A DNA stretch of 64,000 nucleotides from a virus (lineage: Duplodnaviria; Heunggongvirae; Uroviricota; Caudoviricetes): IMG/VR virus record IMGVR_UViG_3300043467_001216. The stretch is one strand, 5' to 3'. Under the pieces are notes generated by a model. That model saw nothing but the letters and a program-made list of their open reading frames with translations, had not been told where the DNA came from and made no database searches. The position numbers and the translations under genes are program-made. Positions 36,765-46,735 of this stretch are shown here, one piece after another (positions within the stretch are counted from its first letter, which is position 1; every line of letters starts with the position of its first letter).

Positions 36765-36935
36765 TCGGACTTGTTGTTGACTAATAAATCATTACTAAAT
36801 TCTTCAGAGATGTTCGATGTTTATGACCGTGATGCCGACTCAAAGTTCAACCATCAAATTTATTCAAGGTTCACTAATTAAAAATTAAAACTCGTCTACC
36901 TGGGATTTGTTTTTCAACACAATAAGATTATATTT

Positions 36936-36967
36936 CCCCCCATCTGTTAAAGGTGGGGGTTTTTTTA
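36936..36967 (+). terminator. rho-independent terminator
   Basis: CCCCCA-tctgttaaagg-TGGGGG followed by T8. Confidence 0.85.
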
Positions 36968-36968
36968 T

Positions 36969-36976
36969 TATATTTG
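36969..36976 (+). promoter_or_regulatory. Bacteroidetes-type -7 box
   Basis: TATATTTG. Confidence 0.4.
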
Positions 36977-36985
36977 TATTTAGTA

Positions 36986-37000
36986 ATATTTATTGATATG
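36986..37000 (+). promoter_or_regulatory. ATATTTATTGATATG motif containing the start codon
   Basis: identical to 15892 and 54317. Confidence 0.5.
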
Positions 37001-37678
37001 GAAGACAAAAAATATATAGAAATCTTTAACAAATACTCTAAAAACGCGGTTGATATTGAAGGTATCAAATTTACGTTGATAGGTATCAATAACCCTGGTG
37101 TTGGAAACCAATTAATCAACGAACAATTGGTGTTTAGAATGTCAAATGTAGATGATTTATCTTATAATATATTTTCGTTAGTTGAATTAATTCGGGATAA
37201 AGTTCTAAAGTTTAACAGGTTATTTAGTTTGGGGAATTTTGGTTTTGATGAAATTGAAATTGAAAATGCTGATGGAGTTTACATTGGTAAAGGTGATAAT
37301 GTGGGGGAATTAATTAGTGGTGTGTTTGAGAATACTACAAAATTAAAAACACACAAATATTACTCAACTGATTATGGTCAAGAAGTGGTAGATGTGTTTA
37401 TGGTTAAACACATTTCATTTAAATATGAAATGGATGGTGACTTTATTAGATTTGTGAATAAAGTAAGACCAATTAAAGCTTATGTTGTTGGGGTTAATTC
37501 AAGACAACCTGTTGGTGAACTTGACCTTGAAGATGCTGAATATGTGTATCAGGAAGGTTTTACTGGTTCGTATGAGGAAACTGAATTGAATTATACTAAG
37601 ATGGATTACCTTGATTTTCCTAAAAGGTTTATGGATGGAGATTTCCAATCAACTTATGTCTATACCGATTTCTTATAA
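36998..37678 (+). CDS. hypothetical protein
   Basis: start at ATG inside the conserved 15-mer; the track N-terminal extension runs through the terminator. Confidence 0.6.
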   Translation: MEDKKYIEIFNKYSKNAVDIEGIKFTLIGINNPGVGNQLINEQLVFRMSNVDDLSYNIFSLVELIRDKVLKFNRLFSLGNFGFDEIEIENADGVYIGKGDNVGELISGVFENTTKLKTHKYYSTDYGQEVVDVFMVKHISFKYEMDGDFIRFVNKVRPIKAYVVGVNSRQPVGELDLEDAEYVYQEGFTGSYEETELNYTKMDYLDFPKRFMDGDFQSTYVYTDFL

Positions 37679-37705
37679 AAAAACCCCCAAGATAGGGGGT
37701 TTTTC
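37677..37705. terminator. bidirectional rho-independent terminator
   Basis: A-run, CCCCC-aagata-GGGGG, T-run; between convergent genes. Confidence 0.85.
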
Positions 37706-38314
37706 TTATTTGATATCAGTTGATTCTAATAATGTGTAACTAAATTTGTTACCGTGAATTTTAAGTGCTTTTTTACAGATTTTCATAAACTCGTTAAAGT
37801 CTTTAACTCTTTTGAATACTTGACATCCTTCAGACCAGTTTTCAACCCAAGTAGAATCTGTTCCTGCTTTATGGATGTTAATACCAAACATACCTTCATC
37901 AATTAAAGTCTCTTCGAATATTAAATCTTTATTAGCGTCTCTCCATACTTTTACTTTCGCCAATCTTTGACAAAGAGCTTCGTATTTTCCTTGATGTAAA
38001 TCAACCGCCCAAGTAGTTCTATATTGATTTGGAACTAATCTAGCAACACCTTTTTTATTGTGGAATTGTTGAACTCCTTTTTTACCTGGGTCACAGGTTG
38101 CGTTCCAGCAATAGAATTGCCAAACACCTTTCTCATCTTTAAATGAAATTGTGATATGGTCATCAAATACGTTAGTTACTTTTTTAGCAACTGATGGTGC
38201 GTTGTTTCTAACACCAACGATATTAACATCATAACTTTTATTTGATTTGTCCTCAAACCACACATAACCTTTAGCTTTTAAAGCTGATTCAATCTGTTCT
38301 CTTGTATAAGACAT
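37706..38314 (-). CDS. putative peptidoglycan-active enzyme (endolysin candidate; S-x-G-C motif)
   Basis: NIVGVRN, CDPG, GINIHKAG and WSEGCQVF resemble a phage cell-wall hydrolase family with a YkuD-like SxGC motif; by eye only. Confidence 0.5.
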   Translation of the reverse strand: MSYTREQIESALKAKGYVWFEDKSNKSYDVNIVGVRNNAPSVAKKVTNVFDDHITISFKDEKGVWQFYCWNATCDPGKKGVQQFHNKKGVARLVPNQYRTTWAVDLHQGKYEALCQRLAKVKVWRDANKDLIFEETLIDEGMFGINIHKAGTDSTWVENWSEGCQVFKRVKDFNEFMKICKKALKIHGNKFSYTLLESTDIK

Positions 38315-38463
38315 AATTTAAATTTTTTTGTTTATTTAATTATAAATATGTAGTCGGTTATATTTATTGGTTTAAAAACCCCCGAACTAATGGAAGATAT
38401 TATTGAAGAATTTGAAGAATTTGGTGACCACCTTATTTGTTCTTTTTAAGAGTGGTTATTGAT

Positions 38464-38631
38464 ATGGATGAAACTATTGGAAAATTGATTAAGAAGATAA
38501 TTGATAAACAATTAAACTCGCCGCGGTGTGGCGAGTATTCATCTCAAATTGATTATGATAAAATCATAAAAGATTTAAAGAAATTGAAAAAACGGTTGAG
38601 TTCTGGTATGGTTATTGATGATGATAAGTAA
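38464..38631 (+). CDS. small hypothetical protein
   Basis: start at ATG in GGTTATTGATATG (partial copy of the 15-mer motif). Confidence 0.4.
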   Translation: MDETIGKLIKKIIDKQLNSPRCGEYSSQIDYDKIIKDLKKLKKRLSSGMVIDDDK

Positions 38632-38739
38632 AACTTATATTATGATACACAATACCGAAGCCATATTACAAACAACATTAGGTTCTGTTGTTATTTTAGT
38701 TGTAATCACACAATTGATTGTTAGTAAAGTGAAGGGGAA

Positions 38740-39237
38740 TTAAATTGGTTTAACATCACGGTTGTAAATACCCCAATCATCCATTGAACCATCTAAATGG
38801 TCCTGACTCATTTCTTGACCACTAAATAAATCTAACGCACCATCATATTCTAATTCCTTAAATAGATTAATAGCGTCGGAACTATCACCATACGACTCAA
38901 TTTCTTGTGAGTATTCAGTTCTCATTATAATACTTTCAACAACCCAATATGGTACTTGATAAGTATTATATTGAGGTTCAATTAAATTATCGTAATCTTC
39001 GTTTGCTAAACTATCGTCGTTTAATTTAATAAAATTAACAATGTATGATGTGTCAAGTCTTAAATCATCAGATTTAATACCAAATAATTTAAGTAATTTA
39101 CTAACTTGATTTAATATATCACCATATTCGATATAATCAAACTCACGGTCTAAGATATTTTCAAGTAAATCTGTGGTTTTATAAAAACGTTTAACAATCG
39201 CGTGTCTTAATTTTTCGGGTTGTTCTCCTAATCTCAT
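38740..39237 (-). CDS. hypothetical acidic protein
   Basis: 165-aa minus-strand ORF. Confidence 0.6.
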   Translation of the reverse strand: MRLGEQPEKLRHAIVKRFYKTTDLLENILDREFDYIEYGDILNQVSKLLKLFGIKSDDLRLDTSYIVNFIKLNDDSLANEDYDNLIEPQYNTYQVPYWVVESIIMRTEYSQEIESYGDSSDAINLFKELEYDGALDLFSGQEMSQDHLDGSMDDWGIYNRDVKPI

Positions 39238-39310
39238 AATGTTAAATTTATATGTATAAATAGTTGAGTTGTATAATAAATTTAGTTACCTTTATTAAAA
39301 AGAAAATTAT

Positions 39311-39526
39311 ATGCAAACATTAGTATTTAACACAACAACAAAAACTGCAAAACTTTATGAAGGTATTGCGGAAAGTACAACCCTAATCGCTCACTACACT
39401 GACGTTCCAACTGTGAAAGTTATGGATGATGGGTATTACCAAGTAATGCAAAGAGACGCATTAGAAAAACAATTACCTGTATTAAGAGTTCCAATCGCAA
39501 ACACAAATATGTTTATTAAAGAGTAA
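39311..39526 (+). CDS. hypothetical protein
   Basis: 71-aa ORF. Confidence 0.5.
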   Translation: MQTLVFNTTTKTAKLYEGIAESTTLIAHYTDVPTVKVMDDGYYQVMQRDALEKQLPVLRVPIANTNMFIKE

Positions 39527-39837
39527 TGAAATCAATCGGTCAAATTTTTAGAAGTAATAGACAATTAATGGATGAACCTGAAGTTCAGGTGTTAATAGAA
39601 TATTGCCGTGAATTGGAAGGGCAAGTTATGGATAGAAAGATTGATGATAATTACGATAAGGAACACGTTCTACGTAGTATGTTAAAGGACATTAGAACAG
39701 GTATTGATGACACATTAAAAGACGACGAGGAATCAATCAGGTTCAATGAAACACCAAGAGTTGATTTCAAAGATGCTATGTTGAATTTGAAAAAATTCCT
39801 TGCCGAAATGTGTTTAATTAACAAAATTATTTTATGA
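39526..39837 (+). CDS. hypothetical protein
   Basis: TAATG coupling. Confidence 0.55.
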   Translation: MKSIGQIFRSNRQLMDEPEVQVLIEYCRELEGQVMDRKIDDNYDKEHVLRSMLKDIRTGIDDTLKDDEESIRFNETPRVDFKDAMLNLKKFLAEMCLINKIIL

Positions 39838-40220
39838 AGAAAAGAGTTTATTTAGTCGATATTGATGGGACTATCTGTGATGATATAAAGAATGAAGAGA
39901 GTCATTTATATCCTGACGCTAAAGTATATGATGGTGCTTTAGAAGAATTAAATAAGTTGTATGATGAAGGTAATATAATTACATTCTTCACTGCCAGAGA
40001 AAGTAAAGACCGTGAGGTTACGGAAAAGTGGTTGAACGATAATGGGTTCAAGTATCACGGATTAATCACTGATAAACCAAGAATCAAAGATGCTCAGGAG
40101 TATGTTTGGATTGATAACATTCCAATCAGAGGTATTACCTATAAAGGTAAGTGGTCACCAATCATTGAGAAACAATTATTCTGTGATGAGGTGAAATCAA
40201 TGTTGATGTTTAAGAAATGA
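39834..40220 (+). CDS. HAD-superfamily phosphatase
   Basis: N-terminal VYLVDIDGTICDD (DxDGT nucleophile motif); FFTARE. Confidence 0.7.
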   Translation: MKKRVYLVDIDGTICDDIKNEESHLYPDAKVYDGALEELNKLYDEGNIITFFTARESKDREVTEKWLNDNGFKYHGLITDKPRIKDAQEYVWIDNIPIRGITYKGKWSPIIEKQLFCDEVKSMLMFKK

Positions 40221-40247
40221 AAAAAGGGGTCTAATTCGACCCCTTTT
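40221..40247. terminator. bidirectional terminator
   Basis: A-run, GGGGTC-taattc-GACCCC, T-run. Confidence 0.8.
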
Positions 40248-40566
40248 CAATTGGAATTACTTTTACTCTGATACGTCCCACTTGGTGGTTTGCTAACTTG
40301 CCAAATGATTTTTTACTTAAATCAATTCTGTTTTGTGATTTATTACCCATCCTATCGGTAATTTCAACAGTGTCTGATTTATTGTTTGATAAGTTAACAA
40401 CGATTGCTTTTGAACGTAGTGGTAAGTAATTGTAAGCTGCCGTCGAATATTCTCTATGAACTTTTGGATGTCCTGTTGTATCATACCAAGTTGCGGTGTG
40501 AACGTCAGGTTGAGTGTTCGTTAGTGAGGTTAATGACAGACATAATAAAATAAATATTACTCTCAT
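40231..40566 (-). CDS. secreted RlpA-like double-psi beta-barrel protein
   Basis: signal peptide MRVIFILLCLSLTSL; ATWYD..G...AAY..LPL.S...V.NL.N.KS..V.ITDR....IDLS...F..L pattern. Confidence 0.65.
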   Translation of the reverse strand: MRVIFILLCLSLTSLTNTQPDVHTATWYDTTGHPKVHREYSTAAYNYLPLRSKAIVVNLSNNKSDTVEITDRMGNKSQNRIDLSKKSFGKLANHQVGRIRVKVIPIEKGSN

Positions 40567-40610
40567 AGTGTATAAGTATACGTATAATCTTGACAAAAGG
40601 AAACCATTGA

Positions 40611-40625
40611 GTATTTATTAATAAA
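40611..40625 (+). promoter_or_regulatory. GTATTTATTAATAAA motif
   Basis: 8 nt before ATG 40634. Confidence 0.45.
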
Positions 40626-40633
40626 AATCTGAT

Positions 40634-41836
40634 ATGAAACATAAAATAATGATTACTGAATCTCAGTATAAAAAATTATTGAGGGGTATTAATGAACAAC
40701 AGAATAAAAATTTTTCACCTCAGTTAAGTTTTGGGCGTAAATCAGCACCTTGGTTGAGTGCAATTTTTGGAAATAAGCAAGATGGTTATACTATTTATTT
40801 ACCACAGTCAATAAAAACTGAAGAAGTTAACAGTCTTATTAGTGACGATGAAGTTAAAGAGTTAAATAAAAGTGGGTATGGGCAAAGATTATCTTATCAA
40901 TTGGGTGAACGTAACGGAAGTCATTTTATGGGTACAATGAGACAAATAAACCCAAAATACCGAGCTCTAATAATTAAAACGTATCAAATGCTTATTGAAA
41001 GTGGGGTTAAAAATCCGAAACTTAAATTTGAGAGAACTGAAAAAACAACAACAACTAAACCAACAGGTGAACCTGGAGGTGAAATACCGTTTACTAAAAA
41101 GTTTCCTGTTAAAGATGATTTAAAAAGTGAAAAATATTTTGTTGATAATAGTTGGGCGTTAGATATACAATTTGTTACAAAATTTAGAGAAACTACCCTT
41201 AAAAATATTAAAGATGAATTGTCAAATACACCTAACGGTCAAGGTGTTTTAAATGGAATCACAGTTAGAACATCTTGTTCAACATTACCTAATGGTAAAT
41301 CACCTGATGGTAAAGTTCACACATTTGCTGAATTATCTAAATTAAGAAACAAATCGGCAAAAGATTTTGTTCTTAAAGAATTACAATCAATTGGGGTTAA
41401 GATATCACCTGAATTAATTTATGAAGATGATTGGGAAGGTGGTCTTACGGGTAAATATTTAGGGGCGTCAAGTAACAGTGGTAATATTTGGGGTCAACCT
41501 GGAGCGTCAAAAAACACTGATGATTATGAACAGGATAAATATTTAGAAATTGCCTTAGATTTGGTTATTTCAGGTAAGAGAAAAATCCCTATTGACCCAA
41601 CTAATGAGGATGGAACGAAAAATGTTAGTTATGATTATGTTGCGGCATTTTATGTTCCTGATATTCCACGTACTATACCAACTATTGACCTTGCTTGGGT
41701 TTGGAATCCAAAAACCCAATCTAAATGTAAAATTGGTGAACCAAATACTCAAATGAAATGTGAAACTTGGGGTGAAGGTCCTAAAGATTGGTCAACCAAT
41801 ATGAAAGGTAAAATTCATTGGGGAACTGAAGATTAA
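40634..41836 (+). CDS. hypothetical protein
   Basis: 400-aa ORF; N-terminus MKHKIMITESQYKKLLRGI. Confidence 0.65.
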   Translation: MKHKIMITESQYKKLLRGINEQQNKNFSPQLSFGRKSAPWLSAIFGNKQDGYTIYLPQSIKTEEVNSLISDDEVKELNKSGYGQRLSYQLGERNGSHFMGTMRQINPKYRALIIKTYQMLIESGVKNPKLKFERTEKTTTTKPTGEPGGEIPFTKKFPVKDDLKSEKYFVDNSWALDIQFVTKFRETTLKNIKDELSNTPNGQGVLNGITVRTSCSTLPNGKSPDGKVHTFAELSKLRNKSAKDFVLKELQSIGVKISPELIYEDDWEGGLTGKYLGASSNSGNIWGQPGASKNTDDYEQDKYLEIALDLVISGKRKIPIDPTNEDGTKNVSYDYVAAFYVPDIPRTIPTIDLAWVWNPKTQSKCKIGEPNTQMKCETWGEGPKDWSTNMKGKIHWGTED

Positions 41837-41840
41837 TAAA

Positions 41841-41867
41841 AAAAGGGAGATAATACTCCCTTTTTTT
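41841..41867. terminator. bidirectional terminator
   Basis: A-run, GGGAG-ataata-CTCCC, T7. Confidence 0.85.
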
Positions 41868-42423
41868 ATTTACAACGAATTACTATGTGAATGGTTGAGT
41901 CTTCAAGAGTGAATCCAAAACCAAATTCTTTGTATTTTTCGTCAAGTAATATTGACATATGTGGTTTAGATGCTACAAAGATATCGAAGATACATTCAGA
42001 TACTAATTTATTGAAGTCACCATCAGTTTTTTTGATTAGTGTGAACGTTTCGATAGGTAACATACTAATACATTCGGCACCTTTAGTTATCTTATCGTGA
42101 CAGTACTTCTTTACTAATTTTTTAGAGTATTTTTGACAATCAATGGTTAATTGTTTGTCTTCAACAACTGAACATTTACCATAGTCATTTCTGAATTCAT
42201 TGAATGATTCAAACAAATATGATTTTATTTTGTTAGTGTCTATTTTTGAATTAACTGAGTCTAAGTAGTCATATCTAAAACTAACTAAACCGTTTATTGG
42301 TTGAACAACTGAAGTTTTACTGTTGAAGTCAAATAACCATACTTTAGAGTGTAGTTTGTAACCACTTTGAGCGTTAACGTTTAACGTTACTAAGATTGTC
42401 AATATCAAGATTAATGTTTTCAT
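41866..42423 (-). CDS. secreted protein
   Basis: signal peptide MKTLILILTILVTLNVNAQ; several Cys. Confidence 0.65.
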   Translation of the reverse strand: MKTLILILTILVTLNVNAQSGYKLHSKVWLFDFNSKTSVVQPINGLVSFRYDYLDSVNSKIDTNKIKSYLFESFNEFRNDYGKCSVVEDKQLTIDCQKYSKKLVKKYCHDKITKGAECISMLPIETFTLIKKTDGDFNKLVSECIFDIFVASKPHMSILLDEKYKEFGFGFTLEDSTIHIVIRCK

Positions 42424-42484
42424 AGTATGATGTGTTTGTCTTATAAAAATACAATAATTATTCTTTACTCAAACAATTTCTTGA

Positions 42485-42499
42485 ATATTTATTAATAAA
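42485..42499 (+). promoter_or_regulatory. ATATTTATTAATAAA motif
   Basis: identical to 18828; 8 nt before ATG 42508. Confidence 0.5.
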
Positions 42500-42507
42500 C
42501 TTTTAGA

Positions 42508-44172
42508 ATGAGAAATATATTAGCCGAACAAATTAGTAAGATGCAATCTATGATGGGTATTCAAGATGACTTACTACTTGAAGCTTCGAAATTAAAAATA
42601 TTAACAGACAAAGAAGGTTTAGACCAAGACCAAGCGGAATTACTTGATGAGTTATGCGGTGGGTTATCGGTTTGGATGTTAAGTAAGATAAAAGATTTCC
42701 AAAGAGAAACGGCTAGAATTAGAAATATGGAGGATTTATCCGATAAAGCAATGATTAATTTAATAAATGTCAATGGGTTAACTAGTAGGATAAGACCAAA
42801 CATTATTAATGTTATGGATTGGGTTCGAGTTGGGTTGAATAGTAATGTTAAACCATTTAAAAACTTAACATTACAAGAGTTAGATAAGAAAGCTAAGGAA
42901 TGGCACGAATCATTGAGTATTGGTCAAGGTGATATTAATTATGTTGAGAAAAATGACATAATTAAAGACTTCCGTGATGAAAATGGTAATGGGTTTTATT
43001 GGGCTGACTTGAATACTAAGGATTCGAAGGAAGAGTCTGAAAGAATGGGTCACTGTGGTCGTTCAAATTATGGGTATATATATTCATTAAGAGAAACAAA
43101 ACCTATTAATGATAAATTCAAAATCAATAGAAGTCATTTAACAACCGCAATTGGACATGATGGTATTATGTATCAATTAAAAGGTCCTAAGAACTCTAAA
43201 CCTAAAGAAGAATACCATAACTACATTTTACCATTGTTTTATGTGTTAGGTGGTGAAGGTGAAGAAGATGATTATTTAGTTAAAGGATTTGGAACCGAAT
43301 ACGCGTCACAACAGGATTTCAAATTAAGTGACTTACCTGATGATGTTATCAGAGAGTTATATCGAAATAGACCTGAATTGTTTGAAGGTAGAGTGATGAT
43401 GAGAAAATTGGTTGATATGGGTATAATTGATGCTCCTAATGTTAACTATAATATTACACTTAATATAGACCCTGATGATGTTACAAGATATGTTGATGGT
43501 GATTACGTTTATAGAAGATATAAGAAAAAGGTTACAACACCTGCGGGTCAAGAATATGAAAGAACTGTTGAAGTTACAATGTTTGAATTAATATTAGCGG
43601 GAGAAACTTGGGATTTATATTATAATGACTATACGGATTGGAGAGATTGTCTTAACTATTACGTAGATGATAAGAATGAACAAGAAATTAGAGAAATTTT
43701 AAGAAAAGTTGCTGAACGTGATGATGATGAATTCATTGCTGAAGATTTTGACGAAATGGATATTGAGGATATTATTGAAGAATATGATGATAATCATAGT
43801 ATACAAAGTGCGTTAGGTAATGCTCAAAGTAACGCTGAAGCGGATGATTACTCTAATTATTTATATGGATTATTAAAAGATGCGTTACAAGAATATGGGA
43901 CAATTGAGAAAATGAATGATGAGGGGGTAATCTTACATATAGATACACAACGATATTTTGATGATGTTCATTCTGATTATCTTGATGAATATTTTGAAAG
44001 ATGTGATGATGATATTGAATGTACCTTTAAGGAACTTGCGTATGAAGGTGAAATTGAAAAACCAAAGTGGGACCCTGATGATAGATGGTATCCAAGCGTT
44101 GATAAAAATAACTATAATGAAATGTTATCCGATTATCTCTACGATGTAAGAAGTGAATATAATGTAAAATAA
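42508..44172 (+). CDS. acidic protein with PcfJ-like motif
   Basis: 554-aa ORF; ERMGHCGRSNYGYIYSLRE...SHLTTAI; D/E-rich C-terminal half. Confidence 0.65.
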   Translation: MRNILAEQISKMQSMMGIQDDLLLEASKLKILTDKEGLDQDQAELLDELCGGLSVWMLSKIKDFQRETARIRNMEDLSDKAMINLINVNGLTSRIRPNIINVMDWVRVGLNSNVKPFKNLTLQELDKKAKEWHESLSIGQGDINYVEKNDIIKDFRDENGNGFYWADLNTKDSKEESERMGHCGRSNYGYIYSLRETKPINDKFKINRSHLTTAIGHDGIMYQLKGPKNSKPKEEYHNYILPLFYVLGGEGEEDDYLVKGFGTEYASQQDFKLSDLPDDVIRELYRNRPELFEGRVMMRKLVDMGIIDAPNVNYNITLNIDPDDVTRYVDGDYVYRRYKKKVTTPAGQEYERTVEVTMFELILAGETWDLYYNDYTDWRDCLNYYVDDKNEQEIREILRKVAERDDDEFIAEDFDEMDIEDIIEEYDDNHSIQSALGNAQSNAEADDYSNYLYGLLKDALQEYGTIEKMNDEGVILHIDTQRYFDDVHSDYLDEYFERCDDDIECTFKELAYEGEIEKPKWDPDDRWYPSVDKNNYNEMLSDYLYDVRSEYNVK

Positions 44173-44175
44173 TTT

Positions 44176-44205
44176 AAACCCCCAGGTAAAATTGGGGGTT
44201 TTTTA
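44176..44205 (+). terminator. rho-independent terminator
   Basis: CCCCCA-ggtaaaat-TGGGGG followed by T6. Confidence 0.85.
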
Positions 44206-44229
44206 TTTGGTAGATGTTTGGATATGTAT

Positions 44230-44237
44230 TATATTTG
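44230..44237 (+). promoter_or_regulatory. Bacteroidetes-type -7 box
   Basis: TATATTTG 17 nt before ATG 44255. Confidence 0.45.
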
Positions 44238-44254
44238 TTAAAAATGTAACGGAT

Positions 44255-44560
44255 ATGAGAAAAGTAGTTTTATTAGGGTTGTTAGTTTTGGGGGTGGTGT
44301 CTTGTAAAAAAGAAGATAAAGTATTAATGAAGTATGCCTACATCACTCAGGACAACGTAGACTATAAAAACGAGAAAGGTTACGGTGTTATAACAACACA
44401 CTTATGTCCGGTAGATAAGTCAGTATCTTCTGTAGATATTGAGAACGAGAGAAGTAATCAAAAATACTTAACTGAAATGAAAGGTAAAGAAATATTGGCT
44501 GACACCTTGGTTGATATTAATTCTGATGTTACCAAAATTTTATTTAGTAGATTAAAATAA
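44255..44560 (+). CDS. lipoprotein
   Basis: MRKVVLLGLLVLGVVSC lipobox; the track start at 44192 runs through the terminator. Confidence 0.6.
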   Translation: MRKVVLLGLLVLGVVSCKKEDKVLMKYAYITQDNVDYKNEKGYGVITTHLCPVDKSVSSVDIENERSNQKYLTEMKGKEILADTLVDINSDVTKILFSRLK

Positions 44561-44566
44561 TATTTA

Positions 44567-44574
44567 TACATTTG
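44567..44574 (+). promoter_or_regulatory. Bacteroidetes-type -7 box
   Basis: TACATTTG 17 nt before ATG 44592. Confidence 0.4.
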
Positions 44575-44591
44575 TAAAAACGATAAGAGTT

Positions 44592-44744
44592 ATGGAAAGA
44601 TTTTCAATGAGAGAAGTGTTAAAGGAGAAATACGGTGAAACTGAGAAAAACACTAAAACTGCCAAGTCAACTAAGAAAGTTGAGAAGAAGGGTAACTATG
44701 TTGTGAAGATAGTAGATGGTGTTAAATATATGGTTTTAAAATAA
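44592..44744 (+). CDS. small basic protein (50 aa)
   Basis: below track cutoff; has its own TAnnTTTG box; fills the gap. Confidence 0.3.
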   Translation: MERFSMREVLKEKYGETEKNTKTAKSTKKVEKKGNYVVKIVDGVKYMVLK

Positions 44745-44749
44745 TAGAT

Positions 44750-45082
44750 ATGTTAAATATAGTTTCAAAAACATTAATGGTTGATATTGAGAATGATATC
44801 ACATTACATAACGGAGCGATTACAATGAAGGTATTACATCAAGCGTATATTAATCAAGATAATGAAGGTGAAATTTACGTTGATGTTGAATTAACCGACT
44901 ACTTAAACGTTAAATTTTTAGGTAAAGAAATTGATTATTCAAAGTTGAAATTAAATTTGAAACAGTTAGATGTTGACCTTGACGAATTAGTTCAAAATTC
45001 AGTGGTAGATATTGTAACTGATGAGGATGTAGAATATTTAAAACAATTGTATTTAACAATTAAATCACCATATACGAAATAA
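44750..45082 (+). CDS. hypothetical protein
   Basis: 110-aa ORF. Confidence 0.55.
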   Translation: MLNIVSKTLMVDIENDITLHNGAITMKVLHQAYINQDNEGEIYVDVELTDYLNVKFLGKEIDYSKLKLNLKQLDVDLDELVQNSVVDIVTDEDVEYLKQLYLTIKSPYTK

Positions 45083-45085
45083 GAT

Positions 45086-45622
45086 ATGCAAAACAGGGCT
45101 AAAACAGGTATTGAATTTGAAAACTTAGTTCAAGTTGATGGTTGGGTGAAAAAAACCAAATCACCAAGAATGAAGTGGAGTGGTAAAGGTAGAACTATAT
45201 TCGACAAGATTAAGTCGGTAGATTACGACCCAACTCGTTTTATCTTGGACGAGACGGTTGAGATTAGTAAATATGATATCTTTCACCCTGAAACAAAAAG
45301 ATATCGTGAGGTAAAGAAATATAATAAAGACACGTTTAATGGTTGGTTATTATATTCTGAACCGTATTTTAAAATGGCTTCGAAACATTTTTTACATAAA
45401 ATAAATGTTGAAGATTATAATAACTTTGTTGAGGAGTTTTATAATCATAATCTTAATACCGGTTTATTTGATAGAGTTATCAAATTGATAAATGAAAAAA
45501 GTGAGGGGATTAGGGTTGTTGATGGGTTTATACCCAAGGAAGAGTTAGAGTTTAGAACAATTATTGATAGAAACAATTGGATGGGTTATTATAGAATTAC
45601 TATTCAAGTAAAAAGAAAGTGA
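45086..45622 (+). CDS. hypothetical protein (possible PD-(D/E)xK nuclease fold)
   Basis: GIEFENLV near N-terminus and YDIF...REVKK; weak. Confidence 0.55.
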   Translation: MQNRAKTGIEFENLVQVDGWVKKTKSPRMKWSGKGRTIFDKIKSVDYDPTRFILDETVEISKYDIFHPETKRYREVKKYNKDTFNGWLLYSEPYFKMASKHFLHKINVEDYNNFVEEFYNHNLNTGLFDRVIKLINEKSEGIRVVDGFIPKEELEFRTIIDRNNWMGYYRITIQVKRK

Positions 45623-45623
45623 T

Positions 45624-45944
45624 ATGACATTTGAAAATTTTTTTAAGATACTTGATTGTTACAAGAGAGGGTCTGAAATGATATCAGACCTTCACGATTT
45701 TGGTTTTGATTTGATGGAGGGTAAATTTAAATTATCCGATATTTTATACGAACAATTACAACACTCAATACGTTCTGTTTATGGTGATGAAGGATTGGAT
45801 TGGGTGGAATGGTTCATATTTGAAAATAAGTATGGTGAGGGTGATTTTGTTATGGAGGCTTGGCACGAAGATGAATTAATCTGTCAAACATATGAAGAAT
45901 TATATAAATATTTAGAAAAACATCATAAATTATGTACACATTAA
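45624..45944 (+). CDS. hypothetical protein
   Basis: 106-aa ORF. Confidence 0.55.
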   Translation: MTFENFFKILDCYKRGSEMISDLHDFGFDLMEGKFKLSDILYEQLQHSIRSVYGDEGLDWVEWFIFENKYGEGDFVMEAWHEDELICQTYEELYKYLEKHHKLCTH

Positions 45945-46222
45945 AAAGAAGTGATGGTTTAGTTAAAAGGTCCGAAGATATTAGATGGATTGAGTTTAAC
46001 GAAGAAGGTAGTGGTAAAGAAATGCACGAAAAACCTGATGTTGGTTTAAGTTTAATTATGTCACCATTCAATATGTTTTATACTTGGATGACAACTGAGG
46101 TTACAGAACTATTGGAAAGTTCAGAAAATTATATTAAATTTAGGACTAAGAATAGTGATTACGAATTAATTAAAGAAGACGATGACTTGGATAAACCCGG
46201 AAGCTTGGATGAAGAATCTTGA
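45932..46222 (+). CDS. hypothetical protein
   Basis: 96-aa ORF. Confidence 0.5.
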   Translation: MYTLKRSDGLVKRSEDIRWIEFNEEGSGKEMHEKPDVGLSLIMSPFNMFYTWMTTEVTELLESSENYIKFRTKNSDYELIKEDDDLDKPGSLDEES

Positions 46223-46577
46223 TGCCAAGCCAATTAACTTTAACTTAGATACTAAACTTAAAACTTATGATGAGTATCTTAAAGATAACTTCTTCTATAA
46301 GTTTGGTGAGGTGTTTAGAACCTTAGTCGGGACTAAATTTATGTGTTACGAAGGTGATGAATTAATTACTAAAACAATTAAGGAAATCAAGTTCAACGCT
46401 GATATAGTATACGATGAGGTCCGTAAAGAATATGTTGATAAGAAAAACAAATTTGTTGCTTTACACGAGTTACCAATGCCGAATGATTACACAGGATATA
46501 AATTGTTTATGTTTGTAATTAGTGATGACGACATTCAATATAATTTTAGTGAAATTTATTTAAAACCTGAGAAATGA
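46209..46577 (+). CDS. hypothetical protein
   Basis: start moved to ATG 46209 (14-nt overlap, as at other junctions). Confidence 0.55.
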   Translation: MKNLDAKPINFNLDTKLKTYDEYLKDNFFYKFGEVFRTLVGTKFMCYEGDELITKTIKEIKFNADIVYDEVRKEYVDKKNKFVALHELPMPNDYTGYKLFMFVISDDDIQYNFSEIYLKPEK

Positions 46578-46735
46578 GAAGAGTTAAAATCCCCATTGAT
46601 GCGGCAGTCAAGGTAATACCTGAGATTGCTAACATAGGTAGTTTACCAAGAAAGAAAAAGAAACAAATGAAAAAGTACTTTGATAAAGTCTTTATGGATA
46701 AATTTTATAAATGGTTAGAAAATGGAAAACGATAA
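46574..46735 (+). CDS. small basic protein (53 aa)
   Basis: ATGA overlap; below track cutoff. Confidence 0.3.
   Translation: MRRVKIPIDAAVKVIPEIANIGSLPRKKKKQMKKYFDKVFMDKFYKWLENGKR

Noticed and set aside
36770-36935. About 165 nt of non-coding sequence between gene 36330-36764 and its terminator, as a possible 3' UTR sRNA
   Set aside because: I could not find convincing conserved-looking helices or a promoter. Only a 23-aa ORF is present, so the evidence is insufficient.
36953-36997. N-terminal extensions giving ..FIDM.. at ORFs 15889, 36953, 38437 and 54305
   Set aside because: The extension is the conserved DNA motif ATATTTATTGATATG read in frame. At 36953 and 54305 it also runs through a terminator. 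The starts were moved to the ATG inside the motif.
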